Sequence record: MZ375356.1
Origin: Escherichia phage T4
Length of the DNA stretch: 64,000 nucleotides
Strand: one strand, 5' to 3'
In this document: positions 32,611-43,935 of the stretch, in pieces
Position numbering within the stretch: the first letter of the stretch is position 1
Layout: each line of letters starts with the position of its first letter
Made by a program: the position numbers and the translations under genes
Notes under the pieces: generated by a model
The model's database searches: none
What the model saw: the letters and a program-made list of their open reading frames with translations, nothing else
What the model was told of the DNA's origin: nothing

Positions 32611-33206
32611 CGTATGTTCGATTGAGCTCGCTAATTCTCAACCCGTTCTCTTATGAACTGCTGCATGTTACCATGCAGTCCAGACTATATCACAATCCCG
32701 GAGGGATTCTCCCCATTTCGAGTCGCTTGACCCTACGTCCGAAGACTAGTCGTTGAACCTTGTTTTGCAATTGTCGCCGTGCCATCGTTTATATGTTGAT
32801 GGTGATAAATCTTTCTTATCACAATATGGACAATTCAATTGAATTCTATTTGGATTTAATTTACATCTGTCATTATGTTTTAGATAAAATCCAGGACCTT
32901 TACCAATGTGACCACAGAAATCACATGTGATTTCTTTTTGTGCAGGATGGGTCCCGTTCTTAACCATTTCTAATGTTTTTGCTGATGTTCTTTTCTTATG
33001 TTCTTCCATCAGAATCTTTAGGTAGGTCCGTTAGCATCTATCCAAATTTTTCTATAGTTCAATTGTGCATCCTCTTAAAAGTATAATCATATTTATATTA
33101 TACTAATTAAAGGTGCAAGCAAAACCTTGGCTGCTAGTTTTCCATAAAGGACTTTCCAGCAATTAAAGGAGTTTTCGATAAACGTTACCGTTTAAAGGCG
33201 CATTTT
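32611..33206 (-). mobile_element. group I intron in nrdB (596 nt) carrying truncated I-TevIII ORF
   Basis: interrupts conserved R2 sequence YVSFA/C/TFNF; exon 1 ends in U, intron ends in G; in-frame stop right after splice site. Confidence 0.75.
32746..33009 (-). pseudogene. I-TevIII: I-TevIII homing endonuclease remnant (truncated zinc-finger/HNH-type ORF) inside nrdB intron
   Basis: 87-aa ORF with Cys/His clusters (CDFCGH, CPYCDKK), too short for an intact HNH endonuclease; the T4 copy is known to be truncated. Confidence 0.6.
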
Positions 33207-33870
33207 ACGCAAAAGATACATAAAAACGAATAGCTTCTAAGGCATTAATAACGTGCAAACAGAGGTAAAGAGATTTCATCAGATCTCGTTTAGCTCTTTG
33301 CTCAACGTCTTTATCAGCTAGAATTAGACCTTGGTCTTTATAATATTCAACCATGTCTTTAGCATTTTCCCATTCACGGGTTTTAACCAAGACATCATCG
33401 TAATATCGCCCAATGGACTCAGCACGTTTCATAATAGCTTCATCTAATACAATCTCATCAAACACCTTCGATGGATCAGTATAAAGATTTCGCATGATAT
33501 GAGTATATGAACGACTGTGAATAGTTTCACTAAAAGTCCATGTAGCAACCCATGTATCAAGGCTTGGGTCTGAAATTAATGACATAAGTACAGCAGATGG
33601 CGCACGACCCTGAATGCTATCCAAAAGTGATTGATACTTCAGGTTGTTAGTAAAAATATTTTGCTGATACTGAGGAAGCTTATTAAATTGCGCAGCATCC
33701 ATCATTAAGTTTACTTCTTCAGAACGCCAAAAAAAACTGATCTGCCGCTCAATGAGTTCTTCAAATACTCGATGTCGTTGAATATCATATCGAGCTAAAC
33801 CTAATCCAGAACCAAAGAACATCGGTTCATTCAAAACATCAACTGGATTTGTATTAAAAACTGTACTCAT
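33207..33870 (-). CDS. nrdB: ribonucleotide reductase small subunit NrdB, exon 1
   Basis: 221-codon ORF ending ...NALEAIRFYVSFA at the 5' splice site. Confidence 0.85.
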
Positions 33871-34565
33871 TTAGAATCCTTAAATTTACATTTATCATAA
33901 TGCCATCTTAAAGCATTGCCTTTATTAACTTTCTTACCACAGTGCGGGCAAGGTGGATACTCTGCTCCTTGTTTAGTTCTCAAAGAAATCAAATCACGGG
34001 TTTCTTTAGTATGAGGAACATCTCTTGTCGGAGAAATTGTACCATACATCGGATTAAGCACGCCGACTTTAGCAGCAGCTATATTCTTTTTAGCTTCTTC
34101 AGTTTTAGGCTTTCTCATCTTTTTCTTAGTTTCTTCGCTTTTAGCCCTTCCTTTGGTTGCCGCCGATATTTTGTGTTTGGTTTCTTCTGTTAAACGCAGA
34201 CCTGTTTTCGCTTTTGACATTTTCAGTCTCGTTTCTTCAGAAATGACCGTACCTTTGCGAAATTGCGAATTTAACTTCTTTGCATGGGCATATATTTTAG
34301 AATGAACTTTATAATGACGTTTCTTAGTTCCTTTCATATTGCACATCATGAAAAATGCGAATATAACAGATTTTACCGGATAAATCTTTGATAAAATAGC
34401 ATGCGCTATAAAATGCTCTCTAGCTGTTAATTCAACTAAATTTTCTTTATCATCAGAACCTCCCATGCATCTAGGGATTATATGATGTGTCTCTTTATAT
34501 TCGGATAAAGGTTCCCGAGCCTGAGCTCGGGAAATTAGGTCGTTATAGATTTTTTGATAATTCAT
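33867..34565 (-). CDS. mobE: HNH homing endonuclease MobE (intact ORF) between nrdA and nrdB
   Basis: 232-aa ORF with HNH motif HHIIPRCMGGSDDKENLVELTAREH and repeated basic S-E-ETK-K-MSKAK modules. Confidence 0.75.
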   Translation of the reverse strand: MNYQKIYNDLISRAQAREPLSEYKETHHIIPRCMGGSDDKENLVELTAREHFIAHAILSKIYPVKSVIFAFFMMCNMKGTKKRHYKVHSKIYAHAKKLNSQFRKGTVISEETRLKMSKAKTGLRLTEETKHKISAATKGRAKSEETKKKMRKPKTEEAKKNIAAAKVGVLNPMYGTISPTRDVPHTKETRDLISLRTKQGAEYPPCPHCGKKVNKGNALRWHYDKCKFKDSK

Positions 34566-36829
34566 TACAATTTACACGCTGCACAATCATCGGCTTTAGG
34601 AGTTTCTATTTCATAATCATCAGTACCAGAACCATCACGGGTATTATGATAATAGAAATTTTTAATGCCATAATACCATCCGTATAGCATGTCATCAATC
34701 ATTATTGACATTGGAACCTTTCCTTTTGGAAAAATCTGCGGGTCATAATATGTATTCGCTGAAGCTGATTGACATACCCATTTCAGCATAATAGCTACCT
34801 GCGTAAGATAAGGTTTATTACCTTTCTTAGCTAATTTCCATGTATAATCATAGAGGTCTATGTTATGCTCAATATTGGGCACGACTTGATTAAAGGAACC
34901 CTCTTTTGATTCTTTAACACTTACCGGTCCACGTGGAGGCTCGATGCCGTTTGTACTGTTAGAAACTTGGGAAGATGACTCACATGGCATAAGTGCTGAT
35001 AATGTGCTATTACGGATGCCAAATAGCTTAAGGTCTTCCCGCAGCGCCGACCAGTCACAAACGTATTTTGGAGCTGCGATTTGGTCAATCTTTTTATTGT
35101 ACCAGTCGATAGGTAATTCGCCTCGAGACCAACGAGTGTCTGAATAATATTCGCAAGGTCCTTTTTCTTTGGCGAGCTTAATGGATGCTTTAATGAGTCC
35201 ATACTGTAATCTCTCAAATAGTTCATGTGTTAAATCGTTAGCATCTTCATAAGAAGCAAAGTTACTTGCCAGCCAAGCTGCATAGTTGGTAACACCTACA
35301 CCGAGGTTACGACGCTTTTTAGCTTTTTCTGCTTCAGGAACCGGATATCCTTGGTAATCCAACAGATTATCAAGAGCACGAACTTGAACTTCTGCCAATT
35401 CATTAATTTTATCTTGGTCTTGCCAGTCAAAATTATCTAATACGAATGCAGAGAGAGTACACAATCCAATTTCAGCATCAGGGCTATTCACATCATTTGT
35501 TGGAATAGCAATTTCACAGCACAAGTTACTCTGACGAATAGGTGCCTTTTCACGAATAAACGGAGTATAGTTATTCGTATTATCAATGAACTGCACATAA
35601 ATCCTTGCTGTTCCTGAACGTTCAGTCATGAGCAATTCAAATAGTTCACGGGCTTTAATACGCTTTTTACGAATATTAGGGTCTTTTTCTGCTGCTTCGT
35701 ATAATTCACGGAAACGGTCTTGGTCTTTAAAATAAGAATAATAAAGCTCGCCACCCATTTCATGCGGACTGAACAAAGTAATGTAATCGTTTTTTCCAAA
35801 ACGTTCCATCATCAAATCATTCAGTTGAACACCATAATCCATATGACGAATGCGGTTTTCTTCTACGCCTTTGTTATTTTTCAAAACGAGAAGATTTTCA
35901 ACTTCCAAATGCCAAATAGGATAATAAGCAGTAGCAGCGCCGCCACGAATTCCACCCTGTGAACATGATTTAACTGCAGTCTGAAAATGTTTCCAAAAAG
36001 GAATAACACCAGTATGGCGTACTTCACCCATGCCAATCTTAGAACCTTCGGCACGAATCATACCAACGTTAATACCAATTCCAGCGCGTTTAGAGATATA
36101 TTCAACAATTGAAGCAGAAGCCTTATTGATAGACTTCAATGAATCTCCTGCCTCAATAACAACACATGAACTAAACTGTCGAGTCGGAGTACGACAACCA
36201 GCCATAATAGGAGTTGGCAATGAAATCTGTCGAGTAGATACTGCTTCATAAAAACGGATAACATGTTTTAATCTATCAACAGGTTCATCTTGATGCAGTG
36301 CCATTCCAATAGTCATAAATGCAAACTGTGGAGTTTCATAAATTTGACCAGTGGTTTTATCTTTAACTAGATATTTTTCTTTTAATTGCATTGCCCCGGA
36401 ATAAGTAAATTCCATATCCCGTTCGTGCTTAATTTTTGATTCTAAAAATGTAATTTCTTCTGCTGAATATTTTGACAATAATTCAGGGTCGTATTTACCT
36501 GCATTTACACAATAAGAAATATGGTCAATAAATGAACGTGGTTCATACTGCCCATAAACATGCTTACGAAGAGCAAACATTAAACAGCGTGCAGCTACAT
36601 ATTGATAATCAGGTTCTTCAACCGAAATAGAATTCGCAGCAGCCTTAATGACAATAGTCTGAATATCATCAGTTGTCATTCCATCACGGAGATAAGATTT
36701 AATATTTTCATATAATTCATAAGGATCTACTGATGTTCCTTCAGCTGCCCAAGATAAAACTTTAATAATTTTTTGTGGGTCAAAGCTCTGAGAAACACCA
36801 CTACTTTTGATAACATTAATTAATTGCAT
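34565..36829 (-). CDS. nrdA: ribonucleotide reductase large subunit NrdA
   Basis: 754-aa ORF, class Ia R1 with C-terminal Cys pair (DDCAACKL). Confidence 0.95.
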   Translation of the reverse strand: MQLINVIKSSGVSQSFDPQKIIKVLSWAAEGTSVDPYELYENIKSYLRDGMTTDDIQTIVIKAAANSISVEEPDYQYVAARCLMFALRKHVYGQYEPRSFIDHISYCVNAGKYDPELLSKYSAEEITFLESKIKHERDMEFTYSGAMQLKEKYLVKDKTTGQIYETPQFAFMTIGMALHQDEPVDRLKHVIRFYEAVSTRQISLPTPIMAGCRTPTRQFSSCVVIEAGDSLKSINKASASIVEYISKRAGIGINVGMIRAEGSKIGMGEVRHTGVIPFWKHFQTAVKSCSQGGIRGGAATAYYPIWHLEVENLLVLKNNKGVEENRIRHMDYGVQLNDLMMERFGKNDYITLFSPHEMGGELYYSYFKDQDRFRELYEAAEKDPNIRKKRIKARELFELLMTERSGTARIYVQFIDNTNNYTPFIREKAPIRQSNLCCEIAIPTNDVNSPDAEIGLCTLSAFVLDNFDWQDQDKINELAEVQVRALDNLLDYQGYPVPEAEKAKKRRNLGVGVTNYAAWLASNFASYEDANDLTHELFERLQYGLIKASIKLAKEKGPCEYYSDTRWSRGELPIDWYNKKIDQIAAPKYVCDWSALREDLKLFGIRNSTLSALMPCESSSQVSNSTNGIEPPRGPVSVKESKEGSFNQVVPNIEHNIDLYDYTWKLAKKGNKPYLTQVAIMLKWVCQSASANTYYDPQIFPKGKVPMSIMIDDMLYGWYYGIKNFYYHNTRDGSGTDDYEIETPKADDCAACKL

Positions 36830-37146
36830 AAGTCCTCAACTTGAAAATCGTCTTTAAACAATCGGTTAACTATATGAGCTATTATATCACCATGACACGG
36901 CTTTGGTTTACATGTGCATCCTAGCCTCATTCCACGTAAAGGCTCTAAATGTGCTTTAGTTATTTCTCCGGATTTAATTCGACGTATAAAATCTTTTTTG
37001 AATAATTCAATGGCAGCCTCCCGGCTGCCAGCATCTTTACCGACGTAATTTCCCCAAAATGTACCGCGGTGAATATTAACATCAAAGTCGGATTTATATT
37101 TATTCACTACCCGGCATAGACGGCCCACGCTGGAATAATTCGTCAT
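36820..37146 (-). CDS. nrdA.1: hypothetical protein nrdA.1
   Basis: 108-aa ORF with [12 protein letters not shown] motif. Confidence 0.5.
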
Positions 37147-37375
37147 ATTGTTTTTCCGTTAAAACAGTAATATCGTAGTAACAGTCAGAAGAAGTTTTAA
37201 CTGTGGAAATTTTATTATCAAAATACTCACGAGTCATTTTATGAGTATAGTATTTTTTACCATAAATGGTAATAGGCTGTTCTGGTCCTGGAACTTCTAA
37301 CTCGCTTGGGTTAGGAAGTGTAAAAAGAACTACACCAGAAGTATCTTTAAATCGTAAAATCATATATCCTCGCAA
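37100..37375 (-). CDS. nrdA.2: hypothetical protein nrdA.2
   Basis: 91-aa ORF; overlaps nrdA.1 by 47 nt in another frame. Confidence 0.45.
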
Positions 37376-37383
37376 TAATAAAA

Positions 37384-37695
37384 TTACACCGCCATCTTTC
37401 CTTTAATAGGAGGGTGTGATACATAGTTGTTAAGAACGAAATCTTTAGGCCTAAGTTTAAGAACATATTTTAATTGTTCTTTAGTAGAAAGATATCGGAA
37501 TTTATAAGGTAGACCACTTATTACCAGCTCACAAAGCTCTTTAGGTTCACGCCTCAAAATTTCTTTACATTGTTCTACGTGATTCATATAGATATGAGTA
37601 TTACCACCAGAAAATATCAAATCCCCTGGAATAAGATTACACATCTTAGCTACAATATGAACTAACGTAGCATATGACGCAATATTAAACGGTAG
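37384..37695 (-). CDS. td: thymidylate synthase, exon 2
   Basis: begins CTACCGTTTAATATT (LPFNIASYA) directly after intron 3' end ...CATAATG. Confidence 0.9.
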
Positions 37696-38703
37696 CATTA
37701 TGTTCAGATAAGGTCGTTAATCTTACCCCGGAATTATATCCAGCTGCATGTCACCATGCAGAGCAGACTATATCTCCAACTTGTTAAAGCAAGTTGTCTA
37801 TCGTTTCGAGTCACTTGACCCTACTCCCCAAAGGGATAGTCGTTAGGCATTTATGTAGAACCAATTCCATTTATCAGATTTTACACGATAAGTAACTAAT
37901 CCAGACGAAATTTTAAAATGTCTAGCTGCATCTGCTGCACAATCAAAAATAACCCCATCACATGAAATCTTTTTAATATTACTAGGCTTTTTACCTTTCA
38001 TCTTTTCTGATATTTTAGATTTAGTTATGTCTGAATGCTTATGATTAAAGAATGAATTATTTTCACCTGAACGATTTCTGCATTTACTACAAGTATAAGC
38101 AGAAGTTTGTATGCGAACACCGCACTTACAAAACTTATGGGTTTCTGGATTCCAACGCCCGTTTTTACTTCCGGGTTTACTGTAAAGAGCTTTCCGACCA
38201 TCAGGTCCAAGTTTAAGCATCTTAGCTTTAACAGTTTCAGAACGTTTCTTAATAATTTCTTCTTTTAATGGATGCGTAGAACATGTATCACCAAACGTTG
38301 CATCAATATTGTATCCATTAATTTTAGAAAGCTCTTTAATCCAAAAATTTTCTCGTTCAATAATCAAATCTTTCTCATATGGAATTTCTTCCAAAATAGA
38401 ACATAAACACATTACCATGTTTGTTAAAAGACCTCTGAAGTTTTATAGAAGAATGGCATCCTTTTTCTAAATCTTTAAAATGCCTCTTCCATCTCTTTTC
38501 AAAATCTTTAGCACTTCCTACATATACTTTATTGTTTAAAGTATTTTTAATCTGATAAATTCCGCTTTTCATAAATACCTCTTTAAATATAGAAGTATTT
38601 ATTAAAGGGCAGTCCTACAATTTAGCACGGGATTGTCTACTAGAGAGGTTCCCCGTTTAGATAGATTACAAGTATAAGTCACCTTATACTCAGGCCTCAA
38701 TTA
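37696..38703 (-). mobile_element. td group I intron (1008 nt) carrying disrupted I-TevI
   Basis: 5' boundary CTTGGGT/TAATTGAGGCCTGAG and 3' boundary CTGAACATAATG/CTACCG match the remembered T4 td intron; 8 nt shorter than the 1016 nt remembered for T4. Confidence 0.9.
37843..38572 (-). pseudogene. I-TevI: I-TevI GIY-YIG homing endonuclease, frameshifted
   Basis: ORF 38375..38572 MKSGIYQIKNTLNNKVYVGS...KHGNVF then frame change; ORF 37843..38418 resumes ...CSILEEIPYEKDLIIERENFWIKEL to end ...KWNWFYINA; GNVF-EC junction lacks 2 nt. Confidence 0.9.
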
Positions 38704-39873
<1,170 letters not shown>

Positions 39874-39895
39874 TCAATGACACATAATATTTTCC

Positions 39896-40138
39896 TCAAA
39901 CAGACTTTTTCACAATTTTCCAATCAGCTTTAAACTGCTCGACGTCAGAATGGTAAATCCAAAATCCTGCGCTTTCTCCGTCTTCATAAAGAGGACATCC
40001 ATCGCATTCATCTTCCCATCCCATATCACGTAAAAGATGTTCAGCTTTTTCAACAAGTTCAGAATCTTTACCGATGATATTAAAATACCATTTACCTCTA
40101 ACTTCTGAATCTTTGATGCTCTGGCGTTGTAATCTCAT
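39896..40138 (-). CDS. frd.1: hypothetical protein frd.1
   Basis: 80-aa ORF, position. Confidence 0.5.
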   Translation of the reverse strand: MRLQRQSIKDSEVRGKWYFNIIGKDSELVEKAEHLLRDMGWEDECDGCPLYEDGESAGFWIYHSDVEQFKADWKIVKKSV

Positions 40139-40239
40139 TTTATTCTCCTTAGCAAGCTTTAATCAAAAGATATAAACAGACCAACATAACTGCTGCCATA
40201 ATATAAGGTGCGAACATTTTCTTTTCTCCATTAGTTTTG

Positions 40240-40277
40240 ATAGGGTAATAGTATCACACTACTACCCTGATGTAAAC
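40240..40277 (-). promoter_or_regulatory. early-type promoter (GTTTAC / TACTAT)
   Basis: minus strand GTTTAC, 18-nt spacer, TACTAT upstream of frd.1. Confidence 0.4.
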
Positions 40278-40313
40278 TACTTTTTGAAAGTTTTTCGCAA
40301 AAGTTCAATGATT

Positions 40314-40656
40314 TCATCTACATTGTTCGTCAACAATGCAGTGAATTTTTGTTACGCCAGAAACCTTGTCTTTGACTTCATCTTCTTCAGAAGTCGGTTC
40401 TTTATATTCGCGGAAACAATAAAACTCTTCACTAAGTTCAAAATAATCATCACCCATACCATCATCATTATAGATTTCACCATTAGCACAAATGATTTCG
40501 GTTACATAATCAAAGCCATCTAAACTTGATATTGATAACTTCAAACCAACCGCCATTTTCTTGAATGATGCCGACCATACTAGCATTTGATGAACTAATA
40601 TCAATGAAAGATTTAATACGATGTGGATTTAACTCGTATTTTTTGCCGATTTCCAT
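40314..40656 (-). pseudogene. frd.2: frd.2 with frameshift
   Basis: ATG with RBS at 40656 gives MEIGKKYELNPHRIKSFIDISSSNASMVGIIQENGGWFEVINIKF then stop; ...SLDGFDYVTEIICANGEI... continues in the frame of listed ORF 40314..40604. Confidence 0.5.
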
Positions 40657-40701
40657 TTTGATTTTCCTCATTTTAATAGGGGCTTGATAGCCCCTTGATA
40701 A

Positions 40702-40927
40702 TTATTGTTCAATCAGTCCCATGTAAAATTCTGCGTCTTCAGAATCCATGCCATCACAATATTCATTAGCCATAAAGCGGGTGAGGTCTTCAAGAGGACC
40801 TTCAATAACGATTTGAATACTCCAAAACTTAGAATCTTGCACGCTTGTGATACTAAGTTCAGGATAACGATTACGAATAATCTCTTCAATATTCAAAATC
40901 AACGATGTCAATATCAACTTTAGCCAT
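40702..40927 (-). pseudogene. frd.3: frd.3 with frameshift near codon 13
   Basis: ATG with RBS AAAGAGGAAA at 40927 gives [13 protein letters not shown] then stop; downstream frame (listed ORF 40702..40917, non-ATG start) carries the rest. Confidence 0.5.
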
Positions 40928-40944
40928 ATTATTTTCCTCTTTAA

Positions 40945-41037
40945 TTAGCAGTATTGCCGATAGTTGTATAGTACCATAAAGCTTTATGCTTGTAAACCGT
41001 TTTGTCCATAAAGCTTTATGCTTGTAAACCGTTTTGT
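40945..41037 (-). promoter_or_regulatory. early-type promoter region with perfect 32-bp tandem duplication (40974..41005 and 41006..41037)
   Basis: each copy carries GTTTAC -35 and a GCTTTA MotA-box-like motif; only the proximal copy is followed by GGTACTATACAACTATC; element family also at 57760 and 60818. Confidence 0.5.
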
Positions 41038-41044
41038 GAAAAAA

Positions 41045-41079
41045 TTTTTAAAATAAAAAAGGGGACCTCTAGGGTCCCC
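41045..41079 (-). terminator. gene 32 transcription terminator
   Basis: GGGGACC-CTAGA-GGTCCCC on minus strand followed by T-run. Confidence 0.8.
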
Positions 41080-41101
41080 AATTAATTAGTAATATAATCT
41101 A

Positions 41102-42007
41102 TTAAAGGTCATTCAAAAGGTCATCCAGGTCCGTGTCATCAGCACTAGATGAACTACCAGAGCTTGAGCTCATAAAATCATCTTCAGTTTTTGTATTGAA
41201 GTCATCAACATTGAATGCATCCAAATCATCAGCAACTTTATCAGCTTTCTTAGCAGCAGTTGCAGCAGCACCGCCCATCACAGCAGTTCCCATAACTTGA
41301 CCGAATTTAGTATTAAGTTCTTCAAACGATTTGAATTTATCTTTAGAAGTCATTTCAGAAAGGTCAACCATTTGTTCGAACAGTTCTTTCTGGAAAGATT
41401 CATCGTCAATGTTTGGAATCGCAGATTGATTCAGGAATTTAGATTCATCGTAGTTACTAAATCCAGAAACTTGTTTAACTTTCAGTACAAAGTTAGCACC
41501 TTCCCACGGACAAGTTACATCAACTGGAGTTTCACCCATTTCAACATCAACCGCAATCATTGCATTGATTTTATCCCAGATTTTCTTACCGAAACGGTAT
41601 TTAAATACTTTACCTTCGTTTTCTGGAGCAGCTGGGTCTTTTACTACAAGAATGTTAGCCCAGTAAGAAGTTTTACGTTTAACAAGACTGTACTCTTTAT
41701 TGTCAGTGTTGTATAGATCATTTTTACTGATGTATTGACATACTGGGCAAGAATCGTAATCACCATGGGTAGATGAACATGTTTCAATATACCATTTACC
41801 ATTTTTCTTGAAACCGTGATTTACAAGAATTGCGAATGGTGCTTGTTCATCATTTTTAGACGGAAGAAAACGAATTACTGCTTGACCGTTACCCGCATTA
41901 TCGAGTTTCAGTTTCCACTCGCCTTTATCTTCAGAAGAAAAACCTTTATTGCCATTCAGTTTAGCCATTTGTGCAGCGAGTTCAGCAGTAGATTTACGTT
42001 TAAACAT
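41102..42007 (-). CDS. 32: single-stranded DNA-binding protein gp32
   Basis: 301-aa [26 protein letters not shown]... with acidic C-terminus. Confidence 0.95.
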
Positions 42008-42060
42008 TTTTATTTCCTTTTTAATTTAATTTAATTAACAGTTGGTGCTATGACACTTTA
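42008..42060 (-). promoter_or_regulatory. gene 32 translational operator (pseudoknot plus unstructured UUAAA repeats)
   Basis: minus strand GTGTCATAGCACCAACTGTTAATTAAATTAAATTAAAAAGGAAATAAAAATG, the autoregulatory gp32 binding region. Confidence 0.7.
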
Positions 42061-42062
42061 CC

Positions 42063-42690
42063 TCATAGCTGGCATAATTCGCAATACTCTGGGTCTTCGA
42101 GAGGTATCCAACCTGAGTTGAAATACTTTACCATCGATTTAGCAGTTGTATCAGTTATATTTATATTACCTTTAACTCTTCGCCATCCAGGAGTTTTACC
42201 GTACAGATTAGAGGATAATAACACATAATTCTCGTAAGCAATATGAGATAATTTCCAAGACTCTATATTAGCTCGTGATGTTTTCCAAGGTCTAAAATCG
42301 TCACGGTTCATATAAAGCCAATCTCATATGCTCTCTAACTTCCGGGTCTTTGGCTGGATGAGTTTCACCACTCACACCAAATCCACCACCAGCATATACC
42401 AGATTAAAATAGTCTGGATTATCTCTGGCATTTACTTCAAGTTGGTATTTTCGTTCTGCTTCAATAACATCCAAGTCATCATCAATTTGAATTATTTTAA
42501 CGCTCGGTTTTTGAAGCATTAGCGCATTCAAAAATCTTTTTTGTTTACATGAGCTCCAGTATTCCTTTCCGGAAGAGTCATATATTATTCCGTTCTCAAA
42601 TGAGCAATTTAATTTACTACCGATATAGTAGTATGGCGGAGTCTTATTTTTGACACGGTCTTCAAATGTAAACCAATATACTATATTCAT
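42063..42690 (-). pseudogene. segG: GIY-YIG homing endonuclease SegG-like (gene 32.1), frameshifted
   Basis: ORF 42301..42690 has GIY-YIG core (YYYIGSK, NLVYAGGG); ORF 42063..42311 overlaps in another frame; span 628 nt. Confidence 0.6.
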
Positions 42691-42691
42691 A

Positions 42692-43345
42692 TCAATACTT
42701 GCAAGATTTCACAGTTTCAATGAAAACATTTTTAGCTTTCTGTGAATCAATATTTAAAATTTTTCTATAAGCCTTTAACTTTATAGAATAATTATTCCAG
42801 ACTAAATTATCAGTCTGTTCATCATGTTTATCAATTATATTTAAAAACGAATCAAGCAAGATAAACGTCTCAAACGAAATTATGTTCGATTGCAGAAGTT
42901 TAAAAATATAACTTGATTGAACTTTTGGATTATACTCAAAAATTTCTTTAAAAGCAGAAACTTCAACTTTTTTACTAAAATAATAAATGTTGCGAATATC
43001 TTCTTCAAACTTAAATTTAATTTGCTTTAAGCGTCCGATATATTCACGATAAAACACAAGTGCATCAGCGTCAGAGATGTCACCAATCCAAGCATCTTGG
43101 TTAGCAACCAAATTGCTTATAAAGATTAAAGCAAGTTCCTTTAATTTATATTTTTCTGATAACTTCTGGAAAAAATACTTATCCCTTCGCTTTTGATAAG
43201 CGGCATCAGACACCCGCATGCACCAATTATACTTAATTACATCATACTTTCCATTCATATGTTGTTTTATCATTAAGTATAATTTATAAACTGATTTACC
43301 ATCAATGTATCTTTCACCACCAGCAGGCATGCGGAGTTTAATCAT
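42692..43345 (-). CDS. 59: helicase loader gp59
   Basis: 217-aa ORF, size and position. Confidence 0.9.
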   Translation of the reverse strand: MIKLRMPAGGERYIDGKSVYKLYLMIKQHMNGKYDVIKYNWCMRVSDAAYQKRRDKYFFQKLSEKYKLKELALIFISNLVANQDAWIGDISDADALVFYREYIGRLKQIKFKFEEDIRNIYYFSKKVEVSAFKEIFEYNPKVQSSYIFKLLQSNIISFETFILLDSFLNIIDKHDEQTDNLVWNNYSIKLKAYRKILNIDSQKAKNVFIETVKSCKY

Positions 43346-43680
43346 AGTAGAAAATCTAATGTATTAGTTTTTTCACAACGAACAACAGAAGGACGTAAAA
43401 GATTTTCGTCAATAGCTTCTGACTGAATTTTTTCAATTATACCCGAAGGAATAAATTTAGCAAATTGAGTTTCAGGAATAGAATTTTCTTCTAAGAATGC
43501 TGTTGTAGCTTCAAGATAACTCATTCCAAACTCTTCTACCATTTTTTCAATAATAAATCCATTTTCTTGGCGGTCAAGAAGCTTTGCTATTTCATCCTTT
43601 TCTTTCTTAATTGAAAGTTCTTTTTCTGAAAGACCGGTCTCATCGACCGGACGAATATCATTTAGAGAAAACTGTGTCAT
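43342..43680 (-). CDS. 33: late transcription co-activator gp33
   Basis: 112-aa protein from MTQFSLNDIRPV...; listed ORF has 3 extra upstream codons. Confidence 0.85.
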   Translation of the reverse strand: MTQFSLNDIRPVDETGLSEKELSIKKEKDEIAKLLDRQENGFIIEKMVEEFGMSYLEATTAFLEENSIPETQFAKFIPSGIIEKIQSEAIDENLLRPSVVRCEKTNTLDFLL

Positions 43681-43927
43681 AAAGTTCAACTACCTCTTCA
43701 GTTTCAGCTTCAAACACATCACGGTTATCTTTATGATACAAAGCTAATAGACGATTAAACATCTTACCATCAACGCCAAGTTCATCTTTAGCACGAATTC
43801 GAATATCTTTAATCAGTTCATTATAACCGGAAATTTTCAGTTTATGATCAGATGCTTCTTTAATAAATTTAGCCAAGTCTTCGCCATGGATAGCTTCATC
43901 AAATTCAACCATTTCTTTTTTAGCCAT
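43658..43927 (-). CDS. dsbA: DsbA dsDNA-binding protein
   Basis: 89-aa ORF, position between 33 and rnh. Confidence 0.75.
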   Translation of the reverse strand: MAKKEMVEFDEAIHGEDLAKFIKEASDHKLKISGYNELIKDIRIRAKDELGVDGKMFNRLLALYHKDNRDVFEAETEEVVELYDTVFSK

Positions 43928-43935
43928 TATTCACC

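Noticed and set aside
34921-36251. ORFs inside nrdA (34921..35226, 34944..35147, 35720..35962, 36030..36251)
   Set aside because: Embedded in the continuous 754-aa nrdA ORF; alternate frames only.
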